From positions 11,182,111 through 11,223,224 of the forward strand of contig NC_057754.1 of the NCBI RefSeq assembly GCF_004010195.1: a DNA stretch of 41,114 nucleotides, in the 5' to 3' direction. This stretch comes from Chiloscyllium plagiosum (taxonomy: Eukaryota). The position numbers and the translations under genes were made by a program. Every line of letters begins with the position of its first letter. Position 1 is the first letter of the stretch. The notes beneath the pieces were generated by a model. That model ran no database searches and was not told the DNA's origin. It was given only the letters and a program-made list of their open reading frames with translations. Of the stretch, positions 22,820-34,480 are shown piece after piece.

Positions 22820-24580
22820 TGAGAAAGTGAGGTATGCAGATGCTGCATATCAGAGTGGAGAGTTTGGTTCTGGCAGCATCAGAGGAGCAGGAGAATTGAC
22901 GTTGCGGGCAAAAGCCCTTCATCAGGAATGAGGCTTGTGAGCCAATGGGGTGGAGAGATAAATGGGAGGGGTGTGTGGCTGGGAGTAAGTTAGCTGAGAG
23001 TGTGATAGGTAGATGAAGATTGGGGTAATGGTGGTTGGTCGGAGAGGAAGGTGGAGCGGGTAGGTGGGAAGGAAGATAGACAAGTGATGAGGGCGATACA
23101 GAGTTGGAAGGTTGGATCTGGGATAATGTGAGGGGAGGAAAAATGAGGAAACTGGTGAAATCCATGTTGATGCTGTGTGGTTGGAGGGTCCCAAGGTGGA
23201 AATTGAGGCGTTCTTTCTCCAGGCATCGGTTGTGAGGTGATGGAGGTGGCCCAGGACCTGCATGTCCTTGACAGAGTAGGAGGGGATGTTGAAGTGTTCG
23301 GCCACAGGCAGTAGGATTGAGTGATGTGGGTGTTCCGGAGATGTCCTCTGAAGCATTCTGCAAGTAGGCGTCCTGTCTCCACAATGTAGAGGCGATCGCA
23401 ACGGGAGCAACAGATACAGTAAATGATGTGTGGAAGTGCAGGTAAACCTCTGATAGATGTGTAAGGCTCCTTTGGTGTCTTGGACGGAGATGAGGAGGGA
23501 AGGTGTGGGTGCACTTTTTGCAATTCCTATGATGGCAGGGGAAGGTTCCTGGAGGGGAGGGTGGGTTGATTGGGGGTGTGGACCTGAGAAGGGCATCGAG
23601 GAGGGAATGATCTTTATAGAAAGTGGATAGAAGTGGGGAGGGAAATATATCTCTGGTGGTGGAATTCATTTGTAGGTCGCGGGAATTGCGAAGGATAATG
23701 TGATTTATATGGAGGTTGGTGTGATGAAGGTGAGGACCGGAGGGGTTCGGTCCTCGTTGTGGTTGGAGGGATGGGGTCTGAGGGCAGAGGTGCGGGAAAT
23801 GGATGAGATGTGCTGGAGGGCATCATCAACTATGTGGGAGGGGGAAATTGCCATCTTTGAAGTCCATCTGGCGTGTACTATGGTAGTACTGGTCCTCCTG
23901 GGAGCAGAGGCTGAGGAATTGGGAATCCGGGATAGCGTTTTTACAGGAGGCAGGATGGGAGAAGGTGTAGTCCAGGTAGATGTGGGAGTCAGTGGGTTTG
24001 TAGATGTCTGTGTTGAATCAGTCACCATTGATGGAGTTGAAGAGATCGAGGGAGGGGAGGGGGGTGTCCGAGATGGTCCAGGTGAACTTGAGGTTGAGGT
24101 GGAATGTATTGGCAAAGCTGATGAACTGTTCAATCTCCTCGTGGGAGCACAAGGTCATGTCAGTACTGTCAGTCAGTCATCGATGTAGTGGAGGATAAAG
24201 TGAGGGAATGGTGCCAGTGTAGATTAGATTCCCGACAGTGTGGAAACAGGCCCTTCGCTCCAACAAGTCCACACCGACTCTCCAAAGAGCAACCTACCCA
24301 GACCTATTTCCCTCTGACTAATGCACCTAACACTGGGCAATTTAACATGGCCAATTCACCTGACCTGCACATCTTGGACTGTGGTAAGAAACTGGAGCAC
24401 CCTGAGGAAACCCACGCAGACACAGGGAGAATGTGCAAACTCCACACAGACGTCGCCCAAGGCTGGAATCAAACCTGGTACCCTGGTGCTGTGAGGCAGC
24501 AGTGCTAACCATAGAGTCACCGTGCCACCCCTAATTGTGGAATTGCGGAAGATGGGCTGTTCCACAACCGACAAAGAGAC
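22820..24580 (-). mobile_element. Penelope-like element (RT C-terminus, GIY-YIG, hammerhead-bearing tail)
   Basis: IIYCICCSRCDRLYIVETGRLLAECFRGH, PVAEHFN, DRTPPVLTF; CTGATGAAGGGCTTTTGCCCGCAACGTC on the minus strand near 22898-22925. Confidence 0.88.
24221..24530 (-). mobile_element. HE1-type SINE inserted in the Penelope element
   Basis: Core, A/B boxes, AATCT tail. Confidence 0.9.
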
Positions 24581-25415
24581 TGCTAACAGATGTTCTCGGT
24601 GCTCATGTTCAGGTTTGCAATGACCAATATTTTATAAAATGAAAGAATTGCACAATTGACACCTTTAGAAAATTGATGCCTGACCTTTATGGATGAGTCA
24701 CTGGGGGGATTTACAAATGATGCTCAGACATTTAGTAATCAAGACATAATCTCCCTTCATTTTGCTGAGCCTGTGCTTGGTGCATTGGTAGGGTATGGCC
24801 TGGGTTGGAGTATCTCTAGTCCCAAGGACGTACAGTAATTGACTGATTGAAGCTGTAGTTTTAACTCAGTGGATTAGAGAGTGTGGGACTGGATTGTTTC
24901 TGTTCTCCGCAGTCCACTGTGTTGCTCCATATGAAATTGAGGAAAGCCAATCATGATCAGGTTTGTGTAAATGAAAAATGCACAGATTTATGTCAGAATA
25001 TGGTCAGTTAATTGTTTTGTTCCTGTGTTTGTAAGGATATTGCTATCAGATGCTTGGACATAAATGTACTGAATGTTCACAGAATAGTTAATAACTCAAT
25101 AATATTTTCTTGCTATTAATGTTGCTATTAATAGGTGGAAATGTGTGACAAGAAAACAGTAAGTTATAGGAATATAGAAACGGGAAGAGTATATTCAGGC
25201 TATTGAGTCCACTTTAACATTCAATGAAATCAAGGCTGATAGGTGGCCTAACTCCATTTTCCTGCCTTTGACACATATCTCTAATACCTCTGCTTATCAA
25301 AAATGTATCATCTTAGGCTTAAAATTAACATGTATCAATTGCTAATTGTGTAAGAGAGTTCAAAACACATGCACTGTTTTGTGTGGAGGAGTGCTTCCTA
25401 ACATCTCTCCTGAAT

Positions 25416-26768
25416 AAATTCAGAATTCACACGACACTAGGTTATCGTCAAACAGATTTATTTGAAATCGCAATGTTTTGGAGAGCTGCTCCATCATCAG
25501 CTAAAGTGGAGGGAAGCTAACAGGCACAGAATATATATAATGTGTGGAGAGATAATGGCAATATAATCAGGTATCGGCAGATAATTATGGATAGTGTGAG
25601 TGGAGTGTCGGCAGGCTGAATAACAAGTCTTTCCAGGTGATCAAAAGCGTCAAGTGGTGTGAATAAACAACTGAATAGCAAGTGAAGGGATGATCTATGA
25701 GCCAATTCATTAAGGTAGAGAGGTAATTACCAAAAATCAAAAATAAAATGGTGTTCGAGAAAAACCAAATGGCTGGAATAATATGATAGATATCAGTCAC
25801 ATGACTGGGCTCTAACCAAACCATTCCTGAAGAAGGGCTCATGCCCGAAACCTCGATTCTCCTGCTCCTTGGATGCTGTCTGACCTGCTGCGCTTTTCCC
25901 GCAACACATTTTCAGCTCTAACCAAAGTAACAAGTAATCCAAACCTGTACAATCTAATTAAAGTAGAAAGATAATAAATTATCAAGGTGATGCTGTCAAA
26001 ATTGAACAATCAGGAAGATTTTACAAGCAGAACAGTGTGGTGGAGTTATGTGTAGTACGACATGAAGTCAAGATCACAGTTGAGGCCATCTTAATGGGTA
26101 TGGAACATGGCAATCAGTTTCTTTTGGCAATTCTGTTTTGTTGTGTATCTTGAAGGCTGCTTTGGAGCATGCTTACCTGAAGATCAGAGGCTGAATGTCC
26201 TTAACCGCTGGCTGGGAGGGAACATTCCTGTCTGGCAATTGTACATGGTGTCTGTTCATCCATTGCTTTAGCATCTGCATGGTCTCACCAATATACCATG
26301 CAGTGGGGCTTCCTTTCTTGCAGCATATACGGTAGACAACATTTGTTGTGTCACATGAGTTTATACCATCCACGTGGTGGGTGCTGTTCCCACATGAAAT
26401 GGTGATATCTATGTTGATGATCTGACATGTCTTGCAGAGGTTGCTGTGGCGGGCTTGTGTGGCATTGTGGTCACTGTTCTCCTGAAGTCTGGTTAGTTTG
26501 TTGCGAACGATGGTCTGTTTGAGGTTAGGTGGCTATTTGAAGGGAGAACTGGAGGCCATTTACACTATTTCTACTTATCTGTAGACATGTTTAATTCCCT
26601 AGAATTATCTTGCTATAATCTGCCTGCCTGTGTCTTTTGTGTCTGTGCACTTCCCTCCTTTTCACCCGATGAAGGATCAAAAGCTCTTTTTTTTTTCAAA
26701 AACAACCTGATGTCGTATGACTTCTGAATTTGTTCACCCCAGTCCAACACCGACACATCCATATTATT
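25416..26768 (-). mobile_element. Penelope-like element with inverted termini, inserted in an older minus-strand LINE
   Basis: NVVYRICCKKG...WYIGETMQMLKQWMNRH; 10-bp TSD TCTCCTGAAT (25406-25415, 26769-26778); left end is the inverse of ~26700-26732. Confidence 0.82.
25821..25914 (+). mobile_element. 94-bp hammerhead-containing insertion
   Basis: 12-bp direct repeats GCTCTAACCAAA (25809-25820, 25915-25926); core CTGAAGA-A-GGGC-TCAT-GCCC-GAAA-CCTC. Confidence 0.8.
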
Positions 26769-27172
26769 TCTCCTGAATGTATGGCTGTAATTCTCAGATG
26801 ATGCGCCGTTTCAACTCAGAGTCTGAGGTAAAACAAACCTGTAAGATCACCATACCCGGGTGTCAGCAAGTTCAAACGTTAGAATGGCAGTTACTGAAAT
26901 TCAAAATGAACTCTGTCAGTGTTACTGTTTCAAAATAAAGGCTGAAACTTTAATTGTGGAGACATGGAAACAATATGAATCCCAACCTCTGCAAACACAT
27001 GTCACTGGGAACCAGGCACATGTGTGGGTAAATGAAAAGCAGCCTTTCTGCTATTTCCTCTATTTCAAGTCCAGCATCACTAGTTTTCTCTTTTGAAGCA
27101 TGAACAGGACAACCCAATTGGAGTCTTTGCTGTAATCTGTAGTTTCATATGAGCATATTTGCGCTAAGTATC

Positions 27173-27250
27173 AGAAGGGTGGTCGAATGGTTCGGGCGCT
27201 GTTTTAAAAATCTAATGGGTTTGACTCTTGATTACTCCCTTGTCACAGTT
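27173..27250 (+). pseudogene. Decayed tRNA-Leu(TAA)-like gene
   Basis: 5' half aligns without gaps to the remembered vertebrate Leu-TAA sequence (about 32/45 by hand); the 3' half is poor. Confidence 0.45.
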
Positions 27251-27537
27251 TCAGACTTTAATGAGCTAACCATTTTCAACATTGTAAGAAATGTTTCCAA
27301 ACATACTTTAGAAAAGTACTTGATGGATTTTGAACTTTAAGTAAAAAGAAGTGAGATTTGCCCATTCATTATTATCCATCAGGAGGAGAGGTGGTTCGAA
27401 TGGTGATTCCTGGAAACACCACTATACACTCCTCGAGTCACGGGTCTTTTCATTCCATTGACATCAATTCTTCATAGAATTCAATTCATTAAATTTTGTC
27501 ACTGAGAATTTTTTTCATTATTGTTTAGTTCATGCGA

Positions 27538-27600
27538 GCAGAGTGTTGCAGTAAGAGTGACCTAGATGTAGGACCATACTTTGGGAACTGTACCCTGCTG
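27538..27600 (+). pseudogene. Highly decayed tRNA-iMet-like gene
   Basis: AGCAGAGTGttGCAG start and CCCTGCTG end; the middle is degenerate or deleted. Confidence 0.35.
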
Positions 27601-27722
27601 TTCATTATTTCACTAACACCTAGGTGAAATATCTGCTGCTCTGCACAATTTACTCAACTGCTTTGAGAGCAAGATAAATATGAGGTCTTGCCAAGATGAC
27701 ATGCCCTGCATGTTGCTCTTTT

Positions 27723-27803
27723 GGTGAGGTGGCCAAGAGGTTAAGACGTTAGACTGTTTGGATTGGTAAGGTCTTCTATAGGCCTGGGATTGACATCCTC
27801 ATT
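27723..27803 (+). pseudogene. Decayed tRNA-Ser(GCT)-like gene
   Basis: ggtgaggtggccaagaggttaagacgttagactgtt matches Ser-GCT at about 28/36 by hand; ends CATCCTC. Confidence 0.62.
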
Positions 27804-28292
27804 ACTGTTTTCAAAGATACTCGATGTTGCCGTCTTCATTGCATCTTACCATCTTGAGAGTATTTTGGACTGGAATTTGATTTTTGTCAATTTACCTCAC
27901 CAGAGATTTTGAACAGATTACACTACAGTAAATTAATTATCAAGAATTATAACCTGCCATCTAATCTCTATTCAAATGTTCATTCAAGTGGGATAATGTA
28001 AAGGAACAGGATTTTCTCTCCCATCATTCCTTCCAACTTGTCATATTATGGACCCCCATCGAATGAAACAGAAATAAGATAAATGAATAACAAGTGAGTG
28101 GTAGCGTAGGTTTTATCCAATGGAATTGTTGATGAGTATTTTAAGCTTACAGTCGACACAAGATTCTGATCAATATTTCCGACAGTCCTTATTAATCTGG
28201 TGGCGAGACAGATGCATGAGGAAAGATGTGAACACAGTGGACCAAAGACAACTTTCTATGCTGGAAGGTTCTATCCAGAGACCTGGAGTTGG

Positions 28293-28377
28293 GGTTCTGT
28301 GTCACAATAGGCAATGGGTTGGACTTCTAAGCAGTTGCAAATTCAATGGTTGTGGGCTCAAGTCCACTTTCATTGTA
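28293..28377 (+). pseudogene. Decayed intron-containing tRNA-Arg(TCT) gene
   Basis: ggttctgtgtcacaatagg...TTGGACTTCTA[28330-28340 intron]ATTCAAtGGTTGTGGG; anticodon TCT at 28326-28328; B-box and acceptor stem damaged. Confidence 0.72.
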
Positions 28378-29661
28378 GGTTTCAAATGAATCAATGATGT
28401 TCTGTGGAAATTGTCACTTCTTGTCATCCGGAACTCTAGTCCCTGCTGCTGACTAGAGGAAGTTCTTCACTGGCTCACGTAAGTTTTTAGAGAATAGACC
28501 AGAAACGACTGCTTGTCTGGCAAACCTGCATTGTTGATGAACAAATCCCAAATAACATCCCAGTCATACATTTAATTTGTCACCTTGAATATATTTAAAG
28601 TAGAGATCTTTAAATTTCAAGTTCCCAATGGTGTACTGATTTGGAAGAATGGATGGGACGAGGGAAACTCACTGAAGATTTTGATAAACCATAAAGTTAT
28701 AGAATGGTGAGCCGACTGAGACGGATTGAATGACCTATTTCTGTTCCAATATTCATATCATTCAGTGTTGCTTCAGGCAGGGAATTTTCAACAGTAAAAA
28801 ATGGAACATAGAACAGTACAACAAAAGTATATGGCAACCGCCATTCTAAACTAATCCGATTTGCCTGCTCATGGATCTATATCTCTCTATTTCCTGCCTG
28901 TTTATGTATCTGTCTAAATGCCTCTGAAATGTTGCTATCATGATGAAGACAATGGTGAATCTGCACCATTGAATTATCAAGTTCATTATTCTTATCGCAC
29001 TGCTGTCACCGCTGTAATAGGCAGTTCCTGTTGCAGCTTCAGATCAAACAGTGGAGGATTGTCACAGGCGCTCTCTCAGCCTGTATGCTCCTTCATGCAG
29101 GTTTCCAAGTGGCCACAGAAGTGTCTGTGTGAATGCTGGGAATTCACGGAGTAGATTTCTCACTTGCTGGTCTGTATTTGCTGAACATGATCTCCCGACA
29201 TACCAAATCCAGTTCTGGCCTCTTACTAAATTACAATTTTAACTGAAATTTAATTTATCTTCGGATTATATTCTTATACATTCAGTTGTCATGGAAGTTT
29301 TACGTGTCCTTGAATAAAATAATGGTGAAAGTTGATGACAGTGCGTGTAGTAAACATCATATTGTCTGAAGGAACTTTCCAGAGGAAGTTGGTCAAGTGT
29401 CACTGAATTGAATTCTATGAAGAATTGAAGACAATGGAATTAAAAGCCCCATAACAGCAGAGATGTAAAATAGACTGCGAGGAATTGGTTTCCAGACTCC
29501 AGGAGGGTGCACAGTACTCAGTGTCAGTGTTGGGATCAAATTAATGATCTACACTTGTCTAGCGAATGGACAATTTCAAAATCTAAATGAGGCAAAATTC
29601 ATAAGTAAACTAAACAATGCAGAATGACACAGAACTCCTCTTTATCAATGAAGTTTATTAT

Positions 29662-29921
29662 ACTTTATTCATTCATGGGATGAGGGCATCACTGGCTAGA
29701 CAGCATTCATTGCCCGTCCCTAATTGGTAGCTAATCCCAGAGTGTAACTAAGAATCAAATGCATTGCATAGCAGTTTCCTTCCCAAAAGGGCATTAATGA
29801 ACCACACCAGAATTCAAATTCCACCATTTGCTGTGCCTGAATTCCAACCCGAGTCCCCAGCACATGATCTGGGTCTCTAGATTAATCGTTTAGTGACGAT
29901 CCAAATAGGCCATCATTTCCC
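29662..29921 (-). mobile_element. Degenerate tRNA-derived SINE of a second family
   Basis: Minus-strand GATGGCCTA A-box-like start; tail shared with the repeat at 13300-13370. Confidence 0.55.
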
Positions 29922-30074
29922 TGTACGTCAATGTTGCATTGTGTTCTTTTCCTGAGCATTGTGACACTGAACCACAATACCATCATGGCAACACAGTGAG
30001 TAAGTACAAAAAGAGAAATGAGTATTTTTGCTTCAGATTTCCAGCATCTGCAGTTTTAGGGACTTTAAGCACTT

Positions 30075-30832
30075 GCATATAGTTCTTAGGGCTAAAAGGA
30101 TAAAAGGCGATGGGGACAAAGCAGGTTCGGGGTACTGAGTTTGATGATTTGCTATGATCGTATTGATTGGTGGAGCTTACTCAAAGGCTTTCAGATAACA
30201 ACACCAAAATTGGTGGTATGGTGGACAGCCAAGAAGGTTATCTAAGATTACAAAGACCTTTGAGTATAGGTGTTGAGAGATTATGCTGAGGTTGTACAGG
30301 ATGTTGGTGAAGTTACTTCTGGAGTATTGTGTCCAGTTCTGGGTGCCCAGTTATAGGAAGGATATTAAGCTGGAGAGGCCTCAGAAAATATTTACTGGGG
30401 TGTTGTCTGGAATGGAGGGTTTGAGTTATAAGGAGAACCCGGATAGGCTGGGACTTTTTGCATTGGAGCATTGGAATTTGAGGGATGACTTTGTAGAAGT
30501 TTATAAGATCATGAGAGGTGTACAAAAGGTGAACGACAAGTGCCTTTTCCCAAGGGTGGGGGATTTCAAGACTATGGGGCATATTTTTAAGGTGAGAAGG
30601 GATCAATTTTAAAAAAGCGACTTTTTTTTTACAGAGTGGTTAATGTGTGGAAATGAACTGCCAGAGAAAGCGGTGGATGCGGATGAACTTACATCATTTA
30701 AAAGATAATTGGATAAGAACATGAATAAGAAATATTTAGAGGGATGTGATCAGGGAGGTAGGACTAGTTTAGTTTGGGATTATGGTCTGCATGGACTGGT
30801 TGGACCGAAGGGTTTGTGTCTGTGCTGACTCT
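30075..30832 (+). mobile_element. CR1 LINE fragments
   Basis: ORF 30283: LEYCVQFWVPSYRKDIKLER...EVYKIMRG; 3' tail present. Confidence 0.85.
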
Positions 30833-30879
30833 GAAGGACCGTGACCTTCTCCCGCTCCTATTTTCTTTCTATGACGAGT

Positions 30880-31025
30880 CTCGCTCCTCTTTCACTCCAA
30901 TTGGTTGGTAGACCAAACGTTCCCAGTCGGGCTTCCACCTTTCCTTCTTGCTATTGGCCAAAATTATCTGTCAATCATCTTTCCGCCAGGCGCATGCTCG
31001 GTGGCGTCAGGGGGCGTCATAGAAT
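30880..31025. promoter_or_regulatory. Promoter-like motif cluster
   Basis: CCAAT boxes, CTGTCAATCA (reverse complement TGATTGACAG, PBX/PREP decamer) at 30968, GCGCATGCTC (NRF1-like) at 30990, two GCGTCA half-CREs, retained CpGs. Confidence 0.55.
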
Positions 31026-31049
31026 TGTTTGGACGGTTATAATGGAGGA

Positions 31050-34000
31050 TGTACAAAGTTAAATATCACACAACACCAGGTTAAAGTCCAACAGGTTTAA
31101 TTGGAAGCACACTAGCTTTTGGAGCGTCGCTCCTTCATCAGGGCTCAATCCTAACACAGAATTTATTGCAAAAATGTACAATGATGTAACTGAAATTATA
31201 CTTTGAAATATTGATTGTCTATTAAGCCTTTCATCTGTTAGAATACCGTGATAGTTTCACTTCTTTCATGTGTAAATCACAAACTTTTAAAAAAAATGTT
31301 GCATTCTCGGGTTAGCTGTTAACAATGGCGATAGCTAGACAATATGTTGAAGGTGTTGGCCCCCTGTGTTCTCTGTCTATGCCATGATGTTTAGATTGAT
31401 TCTAATCTAAAATGTGAGATAACGGAGTTTTACATGAATGCATGCAGTTTTTGAGCAAAGTACAGTGTAACCCTGAAAGTACAAATTCACTCCACAAAAT
31501 ATATGTGTGCATGTGGGTCTTTGTCTGAATGTCTGTGTGTGTCTGTCTGGGTTGTGAGTGTGAGAAAGTGTATGTGTGTGTAGTGAGGCAGAGTGTATTA
31601 AGTCTGTGAGGGGTGCATGTGGGAGTGTGTGTGTCGGTAAAGGTGTGTGGGGGTGTCTGTGCGCATCTGTGTGTATGTGTATATAGGAGTGCCAGTGTGT
31701 GTATGTGTAGGAGTATCTGTGTGTGTGTATAGTGCAATGGTGGTCACCTGTAATGTGACATGAACCCAAGGTCCCGGTTGAGGCCCTGCCTATGGGTACT
31801 GAACTTAGCTATCAGTCTCTGCTCGGCCACTTTTCTCTGCTGCCTGTCCCAAAGTCCACCTTGGAGGATGGTCACCTGAAAGTCCGAAGCTGAATGTCCT
31901 GGACCACTGAAGTGTTCCCCACTCCTGTCTGGGAGGGAACACTCTTTTCTGTTGATTGTTGTGCGGTGCCCATTCATCTGTTGTCGTAGCGTTTGCTTGG
32001 TTTCCCCAATGTACCATGCCTGCAACATATAAGATAGACAACATTGGCTGAGTCACGTGAGTACCTGCCATGTACAAGGTGGGAGGTGTTCCCACGCGTA
32101 ATGGTGGTATCTATGTCTACACTGACATGTCTTGCAGCGCCTACCATGAGAGGGTTCTATGGAGTTGGCCTGAGAGCCGGGCAGCTTGCAACGAACAATG
32201 ATCTGTTTGAGGTTTGGCGGTTGTTTAAAGGCAAGTAGTGGAGGTGTGGGGAAGGTCTTGGTGAGGTACTCATCCTCATTGATAATCAACAGACGGGAGT
32301 GTTCCCTCCCAGACAGGAGTGGGGAACACTTCAGTGGTCCAGGACATTCAGCCTCGGACTTTCAGGTGACCATCCTCCAAGGTGGACTTCAGGACAGGCA
32401 GCAGAGAAAAGTGGCCGAGCAGGGACTGATAGCTAAGTTAGGTACCCATAGGGAGGGCCTCAACTGGGACCTTGGGTTCATGTCACATTACAGGTGANNN
32501 NNNNNNNNNNNNNNNNNNNNNNNNNNNNNNNNNNNNNNNNNNNNNNNNNNNNNNNNNNNNNNNNNNNNNNNNNNNNNNNNNNNNNNNNNNNNNNNNNNNN
32601 NNNNNNNNNNNNNNNNNNNNNNNNNNNNNNNNNNNNNNNNNNNNNNNNNNNNNNNNNNNNNNNNNNNNNNNNNNNNNNNNNNNNNNNNNNNNNNNNNNNN
32701 NNNNNNNNNNNNNNNNNNNNNNNNNNNNNNNNNNNNNNNNNNNNNNNNNNNNNNNNNNNNNNNNNNNNNNNNNNNNNNNNNNNNNNNNNNNNNNNNNNNN
32801 NNNNNNNNNNNNNNNNNNNNNNNNNNNNCGCCTACCATGAGAGGGTTCTATGGAGTTGTCCTGAGAGCCGGGCAGCTTGCAACGAACAATGATCTGTTTG
32901 AGGTTTGGCGGTTGTTTAAAGGCAAGTAGTGGAGGTGTGGGGAAGGTCTTGGTGAGGTACTCATCCTCATTGATAATCAACAGACAGGAGTGTTCCCTCC
33001 CAGACAGGAGTGGGGAACACTTCAGTGGTCCAGGACATTCAGCCTTGGACTTTCAGGTGACCATCCTCCAAGGTGGACTTCAGGACAGGCAGCAGAGAAA
33101 AGTGGCCGAGCAGAGACTGATAGCTAAGTTAGATACCCATAGGGAGGGCCTCAACTGGGACCTTGGGTTCATGTCTATACACCATTGCACTATACACACA
33201 CACAGAAACACTCTCACATACACACAGGCACTCCTATACACACATACACACGGACACACATGAGACGCGCACACAGACACCCACACACAACCTTACAGAC
33301 ACACACGCTCCCACACTCATACATGCACCCCCTCACAGACTTAACTACACGCACACATACACTTTCTCACACTCAAAACCTCCAACCCAGACAGACACAC
33401 AGAGAGACAAAGACCCACATGCATACATGTATTTTGGGGGGTGAATTTGTACTTACAGGGTTACACTGTACTTTGCTCAAAAACTGCAAGCATTCATGTA
33501 AAACTCCGTTATCGCACTTTTTAGATTAGAGTCAATCTAAACATCATGGCATAGACAGAGAACACAGGGGGCCAACACAATCTCTCCACGCTTCAGGTCT
33601 CTATGCTACTTTCTCCCCACCCCCACCCTCCTCGAGCTTATCTCTCCACGCTTCAGGCTCTCTGCCTTTATTCCTGATGAAGGGCTTTTGCCCGAAACGT
33701 CGATTTTGCTGCTCGTCGGATGCTGCCTGAATTGCTGTGCTCTTCCAGCACCACTGATCCAGAACCTTCAACATTTTGTCTAGCTATCACTATTGTTAAC
33801 AGCTAACCCGAGAATGCAACTTCTTTTAAAAAAAGGTTTTGTGATTTACACCTGAAAGAAGTGAAACTATCACGGTATTCGAACAGATGAAAAGCTTAAC
33901 AGACAATCAATTTTTGAATGTATAATTTCAGTTACATCACACTGTAAATTTTTGCTATAAATTCTGTGTTAGGATTGAGCCCTCCACTACCACCTAATGA

Positions 34001-34114
34001 AGGAGCGTCGCTCCGAAAGCTAGTGTGCTTCCAGTTAAACCTGTTGGACTATAACTTGGTGTTGTGTGATATTTAACTTTGTACACCCCAGTCCAACACC
34101 GGCATCTCCAAATC
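31050..34114. mobile_element. Penelope-like element with long inverted arms (contains a gap)
   Basis: WYIGETKQTLRQQMNGH, EHFSGPGH, EQRLIAKF in both orientations; ~31050-31960 is the inverse of ~32975-34085; CA/TG-rich tracts; possible decayed TSD ATAATGGAGGATG / ATACTGGCCGATG. Confidence 0.9.
33670..33705 (+). ncRNA. Minimal type I hammerhead ribozyme motif inside a ~185-bp insertion (33579-33763)
   Basis: CTGATGA-A-GGGC-TTTT-GCCC-GAAA-CGTC with palindromic ACGT stem III; stem I is weak. Confidence 0.6.
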
Positions 34115-34339
34115 ATACTGGCCGATGGGTTGTGGGAGAGGGATGGAATTCAGCGGGTAGGTTGGGAGGTTTCATATGAACATCAAGGCTTTAAACTCTG
34201 AATTGGAAGCGAGTGGTTGGACTTTTAATCTGGCGACAGACGCTTGGATATTTTCCTTGATTTCGATGCCCCGATAACGGCCACTGTTTTTATGAGCCGC
34301 ACAGCCTATGCACAGCTGGACACCTGTCCCGCCTACTGT

Positions 34340-34480
34340 ATATGTCCCGTTTGTCCTTGGTCCGTGCTCCCGTCAATCACTCCCCTTGACCATGCGCAGA
34401 GATACAGATCGCGTGCCGTTTGTTTGTAACTTCTGCCGTCGGTAGAGGGCGAGATGGAGTCGTGCTGGCCCGGGTGATGT
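34340..34480 (+). promoter_or_regulatory. CpG-rich promoter/first-exon-like region of the downstream ZNF pseudogene
   Basis: CCGTCAATCA at 34370, CATGCGCA at 34391, high local CpG content, ~0.8 kb upstream of the ZNF remnants. Confidence 0.5.

Noticed and set aside
22800..23669. 289-aa ORF as a host gene
   Set aside because: Mixed-frame product of a decayed Penelope element.
31402..31769. His/Thr-rich ORFs (also 33163-33529)
   Set aside because: Translations of the CA/TG-rich Penelope tail.
34185..34260. GGACTTTTAATCTG resembling a tRNA-Lys anticodon arm
   Set aside because: No supporting D arm, T arm or acceptor stem.
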